Positions 1-6,957 of a DNA stretch of 48,904 nucleotides are shown in pieces. Origin of the DNA: an uncultured Candidatus Saccharibacteria bacterium (lineage in GTDB: Bacteria; Patescibacteriota; Minisyncoccia; Phycocordibacterales; DAORIS01); NCBI GenBank assembly GCA_964442365.1, contig CAYTZA010000001.1:1-48904 (forward strand). Reading direction: 5' to 3'. Below the pieces are notes generated by a model. It was not told where the DNA came from. It was given only the letters and a program-made list of their open reading frames with translations, and made no database searches. Within the stretch, counting starts at the first letter, position 1; every line of letters begins with the position of its first letter. The position numbers and the translations under genes are program-made.

Positions 1-222
1 TGAGGTCTGCAACTCGACCTCATGAAGCCGGAATTGCTAGTAATCGCAGGTCAGCTATACTGCGGTGAATACGTTCTCAAGTCTTGTACTCACCGCCCGT
101 CAACTCAAGGGAGTTGGGAATACCCGAAATATCACGTATGTGGTCCTAAGGTAAGCTCAATGACAGGGAGTAAGTCGTAACAAGGCACGGGTAGCGGAAG
201 CTGCTCGTGGAATATTTCAAAT
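1..222 (+). rRNA. rrs: 16S rRNA, 3'-terminal ~220 nt (partial; gene continues off the left edge)
   Basis: Conserved 16S 3'-domain strings read directly: GGAATTGCTAGTAATCG, GGTGAATACGTTC, CACCGCCCGTCA, AAGTCGTAACAAGG. Helix 45 is CACGGGTAGC/GGAA/GCTGCTCGTG at 186-209. The 3' end is placed ~13 nt after helix 45 by analogy with E. coli, so it is uncertain by about 10 nt. Confidence 0.93.
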
Positions 223-324
223 GAACAACGTTTTGATTGTGCTTCGGCCTTTCAAAACTTAAAAGGCGATTATCTCTTCTGCGCAAGTAGATAGAGATAA
301 GATCATAGTGTTGTATCTTTACAT

Positions 325-350
325 GACACTCGTTTTGCTAGGTATACGTA
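325..350. repeat. Left copy of an imperfect direct repeat (GACACTCGTTTTGCTAGGTATACGTA)
   Basis: Shares an exact 11-mer GACACTCGTTT plus GGTA..CGTA with 1485-1509. About 22 of 27 aligned columns match, with two small indels. Confidence 0.5.
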
Positions 351-478
351 ACTAGATCTATATAACACAGGATGTTGTATATGAACGGTAAGCCTCTAAT
401 CTTTCGAGATTTTGGCAAGCCTTAAGAACGGAACAAAATAAAGGACAATATACACAAATCCACCCCAAAAGGGTGGAT

Positions 479-507
479 TTGACATTGTACACAGTACATG
501 ATATAGT
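479..507 (+). promoter_or_regulatory. Near-consensus sigma70-type promoter (TTGACA-17 nt-TATAGT)
   Basis: TTGACA at 479-484, a 17-nt spacer, TATAGT at 502-507. The -35 overlaps the 3' arm of a 10-bp hairpin AAATCCACCC/caaaa/GGGTGGATTT (456-480). Confidence 0.6.
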
Positions 508-569
508 CTTGGTTGGTTCTCTTTTTGTTTTTCACACCTTTTTTCCCGCTTAGCGGGAAGGAGAAGAGT

Positions 570-740
570 ATGCCTGAGCAGATTCGGCCGCATGGGGTTT
601 CCGTTGAAGAGGTGCGTGAGGGTGCCGTGTTGCGTGCAAGGCACAAGATTCGCACCGGCGCTTATGACCATCCTGACGCACTCGAGGGCGTGCTGAAAGG
701 GCTCGCGCGGGATCTCGGTGTCGAGATTGTCGGTGACTGA
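570..740 (+). CDS. Small hypothetical protein (56 aa); C-terminal half weakly resembles FlgM-type anti-sigma factors
   Basis: ATG at 570 is preceded by AAGGAG (558-563) with a 6-nt spacer. The region is G+C-rich (hand count 38/60 G+C for 601-660). The string RHKIRTGAYDHPDALEGVL resembles the conserved I..G.Y.vD segment of FlgM. The longer 513..740 ORF-track call is rejected in favour of the SD-led ATG. Confidence 0.5.
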   Translation: MPEQIRPHGVSVEEVREGAVLRARHKIRTGAYDHPDALEGVLKGLARDLGVEIVGD

Positions 741-789
741 ACGGGGCGGTAAGGGAGAGAGAAACGCAATAGGAGAAGGAAAGGGAGTT

Positions 790-825
790 GGGGTCGCTAG
801 ACAACTGTTCTGGCGGCCCCTTTTT
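790..825 (+). terminator. Intrinsic terminator (GGGGTCGC...GCGGCCCC + TTTTT)
   Basis: 8-bp G+C-rich stem with one mismatch (790-797 / 813-820), followed by TTTTT at 821-825, 50 nt after the stop at 738-740. Confidence 0.6.
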
Positions 826-877
826 AATACCTAAATTTATACACAAAATTACCCTCAAGTAGAGTCTTTTGAGGTAC

Positions 878-907
878 TTGACAGATAGGGTGTAAAGGTG
901 ATATAAT
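878..907 (+). promoter_or_regulatory. Consensus sigma70-type promoter (TTGACA-18 nt-TATAAT)
   Basis: TTGACA at 878-883 and TATAAT at 902-907. Confidence 0.6.
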
Positions 908-976
908 ATATAGTGAATGTGCATAGAGCTGGTATGTTCCAGATCTAGAGCATATGTTCTTTCGAAAGGAGATTTG

Positions 977-1486
977 ATGGCACGTTCTCTTCTTATCGTC
1001 GTATGCGTTCTTGTGGTCTGGATGACCACTGCATCACAGGCGATAGCAGAGACGCCAAGGACGGCGCTGATCGAAGCCTTGATTCACGTTGAATCAAAAG
1101 GCAATGACCGTGCTCATGGAGACAAACATCTCCCTGACCATGCGTATGGTTGTCTCCAGATCAGGCAACCCTGTGTCGACGATGTGAATAGTCGATACGG
1201 CACGAATTATCGAGCGCAAGACTGCTTCGGTAATCGTGAGCTCTCGTTGTGGATCTTCCATAGGTATATGGATATCTATGCGACAGAGTCTCGAATAGGT
1301 CGTAAGGTGACCTATCAGGACATGTCCAGGATCTGGAACGGGGGACCGTCTGGATGCTTCGACGATGGGTCTATCGACAAAAACGGTCGAAAGCCCAAAA
1401 GTGCAAAGGCTCGCCGGAAAGTTTCTGAGACTCAGAAACGGGCGAAGATTGAGTATTGGCAGAAGAAAGTAAAACCTCTTCTCTGA
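977..1486 (+). CDS. Secreted lytic transglycosylase / lysozyme-like (SLT-type) protein
   Basis: AAGGAG at 966-971, 5-nt spacer, ATG at 977. The N-terminus MARSLLIVVCVLVVWMTTASQAIA looks like a Sec signal peptide. The catalytic-type motif is LIHVESKGN...AYGCLQI (E-S ... G-L/C-x-Q). The ORF-track start at 917 is rejected. Confidence 0.7.
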   Translation: MARSLLIVVCVLVVWMTTASQAIAETPRTALIEALIHVESKGNDRAHGDKHLPDHAYGCLQIRQPCVDDVNSRYGTNYRAQDCFGNRELSLWIFHRYMDIYATESRIGRKVTYQDMSRIWNGGPSGCFDDGSIDKNGRKPKSAKARRKVSETQKRAKIEYWQKKVKPLL

Positions 1487-1509
1487 CACTCGTTTGTTCT
1501 TGGTACGTA
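1485..1509. repeat. Right copy of the imperfect direct repeat (GACACTCGTTTGTTCTTGGTACGTA)
   Basis: See 325-350. This copy overlaps the stop codon of the 977..1486 CDS and the 5' arm of the first GGAU hairpin. Confidence 0.5.
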
Positions 1510-1584
1510 GGATTACGTACTGTGCAGGTGGATACCTGCTGTCAATATTGGAGTATAAAACCGCTTGGAGGATTCCAGGCGGTT
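1503..1584 (+). other. Three tandem hairpins, each presenting GGAU in the loop
   Basis: GTACGTA-GGAT-TACGTAC (1503-1520); GCAGGT-GGAT-ACCTGC (1524-1539); AACCGCTTGG-AGGATT-CCAGGCGGTT (1559-1584, one G:U pair). None is followed directly by a U-tract. Confidence 0.6.
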
Positions 1585-1647
1585 AAGTGTATATGGATAT
1601 TATTTTTTCTTGTAATTTAGATATTTTTGAGGTAATCTTTGCATATT

Positions 1648-1720
1648 GCGCTTGTAGCTCAGTTGGTAGAGCACATCACTGATACTGATGGGGTCCCAGG
1701 TTCGAATCCTGGCAGGCGCA
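1648..1720 (+). tRNA. tRNA-Ile (anticodon GAU)
   Basis: Cloverleaf folded by hand: acceptor GCGCTTG/CAGGCGC, D arm GCTC-AGTTGGTA-GAGC, anticodon arm CATCA-CTGATAC-TGATG, T arm CCAGG-TTCGAAT-CCTGG, discriminator A. CCA is not encoded. Confidence 0.93.
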
Positions 1721-1865
1721 CAAAAACAACAAGTGAGTCTTCGAGCGAGTATGTTTTTGTAGCGTGGGGTATTTTTATACTACCGCACAAAAGTAAGTTT
1801 CCACTGGCTAAAAAGTCTAAAATACGTTACTATATCTCCTTAAATTATATATTCACGTTTATTTT

Positions 1866-3290
1866 ATGATACCCGAAAAAAAGACAAAGATCGTTGCAAC
1901 TATTGGTCCAGCTACAGAGAAAGAACCTGTTTTTACTAAACTTGTAGAAGCGGGTTTAAATGTTATGCGACTTAACTTCTCCCATGGAGATTTTGCTGAA
2001 CATCAAGCTCGTGTCGATGTATGTCGTAAGGTATCAAAAAAGTTTGGTGTTTCTGTTGCTATTCTTCAAGATCTATCTGGTCCAAAGATTCGTATTGGTG
2101 AGTTTGGTACACCAAACGGTCGTATTACACTTATTCCTGGAAAAGCATTTACGATTACAACTGACAAGATTGTGGGTGATGAAAATCGCGTATCAGTGAA
2201 CTATCCTACTTTGCCAGAAGAGCTTAAGGTTGGAAATATGGTACTTCTCGATGACGGAAAAAAACGTCTTGAAGTTACAGCTATTAAAGGCAATGATATC
2301 GTTTGTAAAGTTATTATAGGTGGTGATACAAAAGGTCGTCGAGGAGTTAATCTTCCTGGCGCATATCTCAAGATTAGTTCTATTACTGAAAAAGATCGTA
2401 AAGACTTAGAATTTGGTATTAAAAACAAAGCTGATTTTATTGCTCTTTCTTTTGTACGACGTCCTGAAGATATTTTGGAACTTCGTGGTTTACTCACTAA
2501 AGCAAAATCAGAAGCAAAGATTATTGCTAAAATTGAGACTGAAGAAGCTATTGAAAATCTCGATGCTATTATCGATCTAACTGACGGTGTTATGGTTGCT
2601 CGTGGAGATCTTGCTATTGAAATACCTGCAGAAAAAGTACCCCTTATACAGAAACGTATTATTGCTCGTTGTAATGAACTCGGTAAACCAGTGATTACTG
2701 CTACACAGATGCTCGAGTCTATGATTAAGAGTCCTGTTCCTACACGTGCTGAAGTATCTGATATTGCTAACGCTATTATCGATGGTACTGATGCGGTCAT
2801 GCTATCAGAAGAAACTACACTTGGTGAATACCCTATAGAGGCAGTAAAAGTTATGACTAGAGTGTCTTTGGAAGTAGAAAAGACATACGATCTTCAGAGA
2901 AGTATTGAAGATATTACTCATGAAAGTCCTCGTCCTGTCGATGCTGTTTCTGGTGCTGTTGTACATGTTGCTGAAGAAATTGGTGCCACATGTATTGTCG
3001 CTCTTACACACTCTGGTACGACAGCTCGTTTGGTATCACGTTTTAAACCTTCGCAGTTGATTATCGGAGCTACACCGTTTGAAAAGACTTATAATCAGTT
3101 GGCACTTACAGGCAACACTATGCCTCTTATGGTAAAAAAGACTACGACACTTATGGCTGCATTTGCTGAAGTTAAAAAGACACTTCTTAAAAAGAAAATT
3201 GTAGAAAAGGGAGATAAAGTGGTGATTATTGCTGGTTTGCCATTTAGTAAACAGGTCAATACCAATATGTTGGTAGTAGAGACTATTTAG
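1866..3290 (+). CDS. pyk: Pyruvate kinase
   Basis: 474-aa ORF with KTKIVATIGPA, MRLNFSHG, MVARGDLAIEIP and DAVMLSEETTLG. Confidence 0.93.
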   Translation: MIPEKKTKIVATIGPATEKEPVFTKLVEAGLNVMRLNFSHGDFAEHQARVDVCRKVSKKFGVSVAILQDLSGPKIRIGEFGTPNGRITLIPGKAFTITTDKIVGDENRVSVNYPTLPEELKVGNMVLLDDGKKRLEVTAIKGNDIVCKVIIGGDTKGRRGVNLPGAYLKISSITEKDRKDLEFGIKNKADFIALSFVRRPEDILELRGLLTKAKSEAKIIAKIETEEAIENLDAIIDLTDGVMVARGDLAIEIPAEKVPLIQKRIIARCNELGKPVITATQMLESMIKSPVPTRAEVSDIANAIIDGTDAVMLSEETTLGEYPIEAVKVMTRVSLEVEKTYDLQRSIEDITHESPRPVDAVSGAVVHVAEEIGATCIVALTHSGTTARLVSRFKPSQLIIGATPFEKTYNQLALTGNTMPLMVKKTTTLMAAFAEVKKTLLKKKIVEKGDKVVIIAGLPFSKQVNTNMLVVETI

Positions 3291-3310
3291 TCTTTATTTA
3301 AATACCCTTT

Positions 3311-4102
3311 ATGGGTACTTTAGGGGCAGTCTGGTATACTATTTTCTATATGAATACATTTGCAAAATCGTATGTCTTAACAGACACAGACCTGCTTATG
3401 GACGTTGATAATAAACGTCAGGCTGGTTACGTTATCAAGGTTCGTGATATGGAAGAATCAGATAAGCCTCGAGAGAAGCTTATTGCCGGTGGTCCAGGAG
3501 CACTTTCTGTAGCAGAACTTATGGCAATTGTACTTGGTACGGGGACTAAAAAAGAGGAAGTATTAGAAATGGCTAATCGAGTAGTTAAAGAATATGGTGA
3601 AAGAATCTTGTCTCGACAAGTAAGCGCAGAACAGTTGGCAACAGATCTTGATATTCCTATAGGAAAAGCTTCTCAAATTGTTGCGGTTGGAGAGCTTGGA
3701 AGACGTTTTTTTGATAAAACAGCTGAAGGTCTTGCAGTGATTCGTACACCGGAGGATGCACACCACTATTTGCGTGATATGCATAATCTTCCTAAGGAAC
3801 ATGTGCGTGGTATTTATCTAAATACTCACTATCAAGTAATACACGATGAAGTGATTTCTATTGGTACTGTAAACTCTAATCTCGTTCATCCACGTGAAGT
3901 ATTTCGTCCTGCTTTACAATACGGCGCAGCGGCAGTGATTATTGCCCACAATCATCCGTCTGGAGTTATGAAGGCATCAGATTCTGATATTGCTACTACT
4001 AAACAAATCGTAGAAGCAGGAAAAATTCTTGGTATTCATGTAATTGATCATATTATTGTAAGTGGTGATAAATTCATTAGTGTGGATGTCAGTTATGAAT
4101 GA
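3311..4102 (+). CDS. radC: RadC-family JAB-domain protein
   Basis: KPREKL...LSVAELMAIVLGTG (HhH region) and the JAMM-like AHNHPSG motif. An alternative start is the ATG at 3350. Confidence 0.85.
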   Translation: MGTLGAVWYTIFYMNTFAKSYVLTDTDLLMDVDNKRQAGYVIKVRDMEESDKPREKLIAGGPGALSVAELMAIVLGTGTKKEEVLEMANRVVKEYGERILSRQVSAEQLATDLDIPIGKASQIVAVGELGRRFFDKTAEGLAVIRTPEDAHHYLRDMHNLPKEHVRGIYLNTHYQVIHDEVISIGTVNSNLVHPREVFRPALQYGAAAVIIAHNHPSGVMKASDSDIATTKQIVEAGKILGIHVIDHIIVSGDKFISVDVSYE

Positions 4103-5414
4103 TTTTCGTGGAAAAAGAATAACAGTTATGGGACTCGGCCTTTTAGGTCGAGGTATTGGTGATGTTCGTTTTTTAGCTTCGCAAGGAGCAATCCTTACTG
4201 TGACTGATTTGAAAACAAAAGAGGCTCTTGCTCCAGCTTTAGCAGAACTTAAAAAACTCAAAGATATTACTTATGTTCTCGGAGAGCATAGACTTGAAGA
4301 TTTTCGTGACAAAGACATGATTATAAAATCAGCTGGTGTTCCACTTGATTCTCCGTATATAGAAGAAGCGCGTAAAGAAGGAATACCAATTGAAATGAGT
4401 ACCTCTCTATTTGCGCGCATCACACCTGCTACGATTATTGGGATTACTGGTACGCGTGGAAAATCTACGGTTACGCATCTATTGTATGAGATTTTAAAAG
4501 AGGCATATAAAGGTAAAAAACAAAAAGTATATCTTGGTGGTAATGTAAAAGGAGTATCCACACTCGAATTATTACCAGTTGCCAAAAAGGGTGACATGGT
4601 GGTGCTTGAATTGGACTCTTGGCAATTACAAGGTTTTGGAGAGGCTAAAATAAGTCCTCATGTATCTATTTTCACAACATTTATGTCTGATCATTTGAAT
4701 TATTATAAAAATGATACGAAACAATATTTTACTGATAAATCATATATATATCGTTTTCAGAAAAAAGGAGATATTTTAGTGGCAGGGAAACAGATGGCTA
4801 GTTTAATACGTAATCGTCCTGATAAAATAATTGTTGATGAAAATACACTTCCTGTTGATTGGAAACTTAAAATGCCCGGTATTCATAATCGTTACAATAC
4901 AGCACTGGCGGTAACTGCTGCTCTGGCTTTGGGTGTAAAAAAAGAAGTTATAAAAAGTGTGGCAGAAAAGTTTAAAGGAGTCCCAGGACGTCTTGAATTG
5001 GTTAGGACAGTAAGTGGGGTATCTTTCTACAATGACACAACCGCTACCACTCCTGAGGCTACTATTGCGGCTTTAGAAGCGCTTGGTATTGATCATGCCA
5101 AACACATCGTACTTATCATGGGTGGGGCAGATAAAGCTCTTGATATGTCAGAATTGCCGGCTGTGATTAAAAAATATGTCAAAGCGGTAGTGTTACTACC
5201 TGGTACAGGAACAGATCGGATTATTTCTGAAAAAGTATTTCAGCGGTTAGATCCTGTATGTGTTGAGTCTCTTCCAGATGCTCTTCATTCTGCGAGAATA
5301 TATGCAGCTCCAGACGATATCGTGCTATTTAGTCCAGCTTTTGCATCTTTTGGACTTTTCAAAAATGAATTTGATCGTGGTGAACAATTTAATACTTTAT
5401 GCAAATCGATTTAA
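4095..5414 (+). CDS. murD: UDP-N-acetylmuramoyl-L-alanine--D-glutamate ligase
   Basis: Mur ligase features: ITVMGLGLLGRG (Rossmann), GITGTRGKSTV (P-loop), NRYN, GVPGRLE. The start is set at ATG 4095 (MNDFRGK) and overlaps the radC stop. Confidence 0.88.
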   Translation: MNDFRGKRITVMGLGLLGRGIGDVRFLASQGAILTVTDLKTKEALAPALAELKKLKDITYVLGEHRLEDFRDKDMIIKSAGVPLDSPYIEEARKEGIPIEMSTSLFARITPATIIGITGTRGKSTVTHLLYEILKEAYKGKKQKVYLGGNVKGVSTLELLPVAKKGDMVVLELDSWQLQGFGEAKISPHVSIFTTFMSDHLNYYKNDTKQYFTDKSYIYRFQKKGDILVAGKQMASLIRNRPDKIIVDENTLPVDWKLKMPGIHNRYNTALAVTAALALGVKKEVIKSVAEKFKGVPGRLELVRTVSGVSFYNDTTATTPEATIAALEALGIDHAKHIVLIMGGADKALDMSELPAVIKKYVKAVVLLPGTGTDRIISEKVFQRLDPVCVESLPDALHSARIYAAPDDIVLFSPAFASFGLFKNEFDRGEQFNTLCKSI

Positions 5415-6709
5415 ATACTGTTAAAAATGTTTACATAATTGGTATCGGTGGTATTGGTATATCTGCTATTGCGAGGTTTCTTTATGGCCGTGGGGTACAA
5501 GTATCTGGATCAGATCGTGATGCTTCTCGTGTAACAGAAGGGCTTGGTATTTTAGGTATAGAAGTTTTTATTGGGTCAGATGTATCACATATTCCGGTAT
5601 CGTGTGATTGTATTCTTTATACAGTTGCTATACCTGAAAACCATCCGGATATTATTGAAGCAAAAAAAAGAGGTATTCCGATGCTTACGTATCCACAAGC
5701 TCTTAAGCAGATATCACAAGACAAAAAAACCATTGCTATTTCAGGGACTCATGGAAAGACAACTACTACTGCCATGCTTGCTACTATTCTTATCGATACA
5801 GGTGTGGACCCCTCAGTTATAGTTGGTAGTCTTATGAAAGATTCTAAGGGTGTAGAAAGTAATTTTATTTCTGGTGCAAGTGATTATTTGGTAGTAGAAG
5901 CTGATGAATATAAAAAATCATTTCATAGTTTGTATCCTAAAATATTAGTAATTACTAATATCGATGAAGATCATCTTGATTTTTATAAAGATCTTACTGA
6001 TATTCAAAATAGTTTTATTGAGCTCGCTAAACGTGTACCTACTGACGGTTATCTTATCTGTAATATATCTGATCCACATCTTGCTCCTGTCATACAGAGT
6101 GTTAACTGTAAGATCGTTGATTATAGTGCCATAGAACATGACGGCTCACTGAAAGTTCCTGGAGAGCACAATCGTAGCAATGCTCGGGCTGCTTTGGCTG
6201 CCGCCCAGGCATTGGGTATTTCTCTTTCTGATTCTGTAAAATCAGTGGTTACTTTTTCTGGTGTATGGAGACGTTTTGAGTATAAGGGAAAAACTGAAAA
6301 AGGTGCACTTGTATATGATGATTATGCGCACAATCCTCACAAAGTACGATCAGTATTGGCTGGAGCTCGTGAATTTTTTGGTAAAGATAAAAAAATTATT
6401 GCAGTATTTCAGCCACATTTGTTTAGTCGCACTAAAACTTTATTCAATGAATTTGTTAAATCTTTTGATGATGCCGATGAAATAGTTTTTGTCCCTATAT
6501 ATCCTGCTCGTGAGGCTTTTGATCCTTCTATATCGTCAGAACAGTTAGCCGAAGAGTTAAAAAAACGGTGTAAAACCGTATCGGTGCAAAGCAACTTTGA
6601 AGATCTTCTCCTGTATCTTAAAGGTATTGATAAAGAGGGTATAGTTTTTATGACAATTGGTGCTGGGGATATCAATACAGTTTCTGATAGATTGCTTCCA
6701 AAAAAATAA
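5399..6709 (+). CDS. murC: UDP-N-acetylmuramate--L-alanine ligase
   Basis: IGIGGIGISAIA, ISGTHGKTTTT, DEDHLDFY, YDDYAHNP and FQPHLFSRT. Overlaps the murD end by 16 nt. Confidence 0.9.
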   Translation: MQIDLNTVKNVYIIGIGGIGISAIARFLYGRGVQVSGSDRDASRVTEGLGILGIEVFIGSDVSHIPVSCDCILYTVAIPENHPDIIEAKKRGIPMLTYPQALKQISQDKKTIAISGTHGKTTTTAMLATILIDTGVDPSVIVGSLMKDSKGVESNFISGASDYLVVEADEYKKSFHSLYPKILVITNIDEDHLDFYKDLTDIQNSFIELAKRVPTDGYLICNISDPHLAPVIQSVNCKIVDYSAIEHDGSLKVPGEHNRSNARAALAAAQALGISLSDSVKSVVTFSGVWRRFEYKGKTEKGALVYDDYAHNPHKVRSVLAGAREFFGKDKKIIAVFQPHLFSRTKTLFNEFVKSFDDADEIVFVPIYPAREAFDPSISSEQLAEELKKRCKTVSVQSNFEDLLLYLKGIDKEGIVFMTIGAGDINTVSDRLLPKK

Positions 6710-6726
6710 TATGAGACAATCGCAGT

Positions 6727-6957
6727 ATGAAGAAGAAAATAATCCTTATACTTGCCTGCATCATAGCCCTTATCCCTTTTACAGGATTTCCTGATTCTTG
6801 GAAAACATTGATTATATCTTTATTGGCTATATCAATAATTGTTATCGTCTATCGTGAAGATATTCGTAACTTTTTTGCAGTACCACAATATCCTCCAGGA
6901 AGAATCGTCGAAGGGGATAGTTTTGTAGAAAGTACTGGTCCAGTACAAGGAGCATGA
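6727..6957 (+). CDS. Small membrane protein (two predicted hydrophobic helices), function unknown
   Basis: 76-aa ORF with hydrophobic stretches ILILACIIALIPF and LIISLLAISIIVIVY. It has a 4-nt overlap with the next gene. Confidence 0.55.
   Translation: MKKKIILILACIIALIPFTGFPDSWKTLIISLLAISIIVIVYREDIRNFFAVPQYPPGRIVEGDSFVESTGPVQGA

Noticed and set aside
550-1029. A 159-aa minus-strand ORF, along with other long antisense ORFs in the track (for example 2201..2800, 9052..9543, 21134..21478, 21426..21905, 24086..24466 and 1094..1489).
   Set aside because: Each lies antisense to a gene with strong family motifs or within G+C-rich DNA. The translations are low complexity (Arg/Ser/Ile-rich) with no recognisable domains. 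They are typical shadow ORFs.
1639-1869. ORF-track entries overlapping tRNA genes or fragments: 1639..1869, 20296..20481, 40237..40572 and 47285..47509.
   Set aside because: Their 'proteins' contain the tell-tale translations of tRNA arms (VAQLVEH, GIEPA, AQLVERN). The underlying sequence folds into tRNAs, so these are not coding.
6943-6956. AAGGAG immediately before the ATG of the 6954..8138 gene, and AAGGAG-7 nt-ATG at 40188-40203 opening a 3-codon mini-ORF at the tRNA-Arg 5' end.
   Set aside because: The first is only 5 nt from the start codon and is simply the coding sequence (..QGA) of the overlapping upstream gene. The second lies inside the endonuclease-like frame and the tRNA. Both are treated as coincidental and not counted among the SD-led cassettes.
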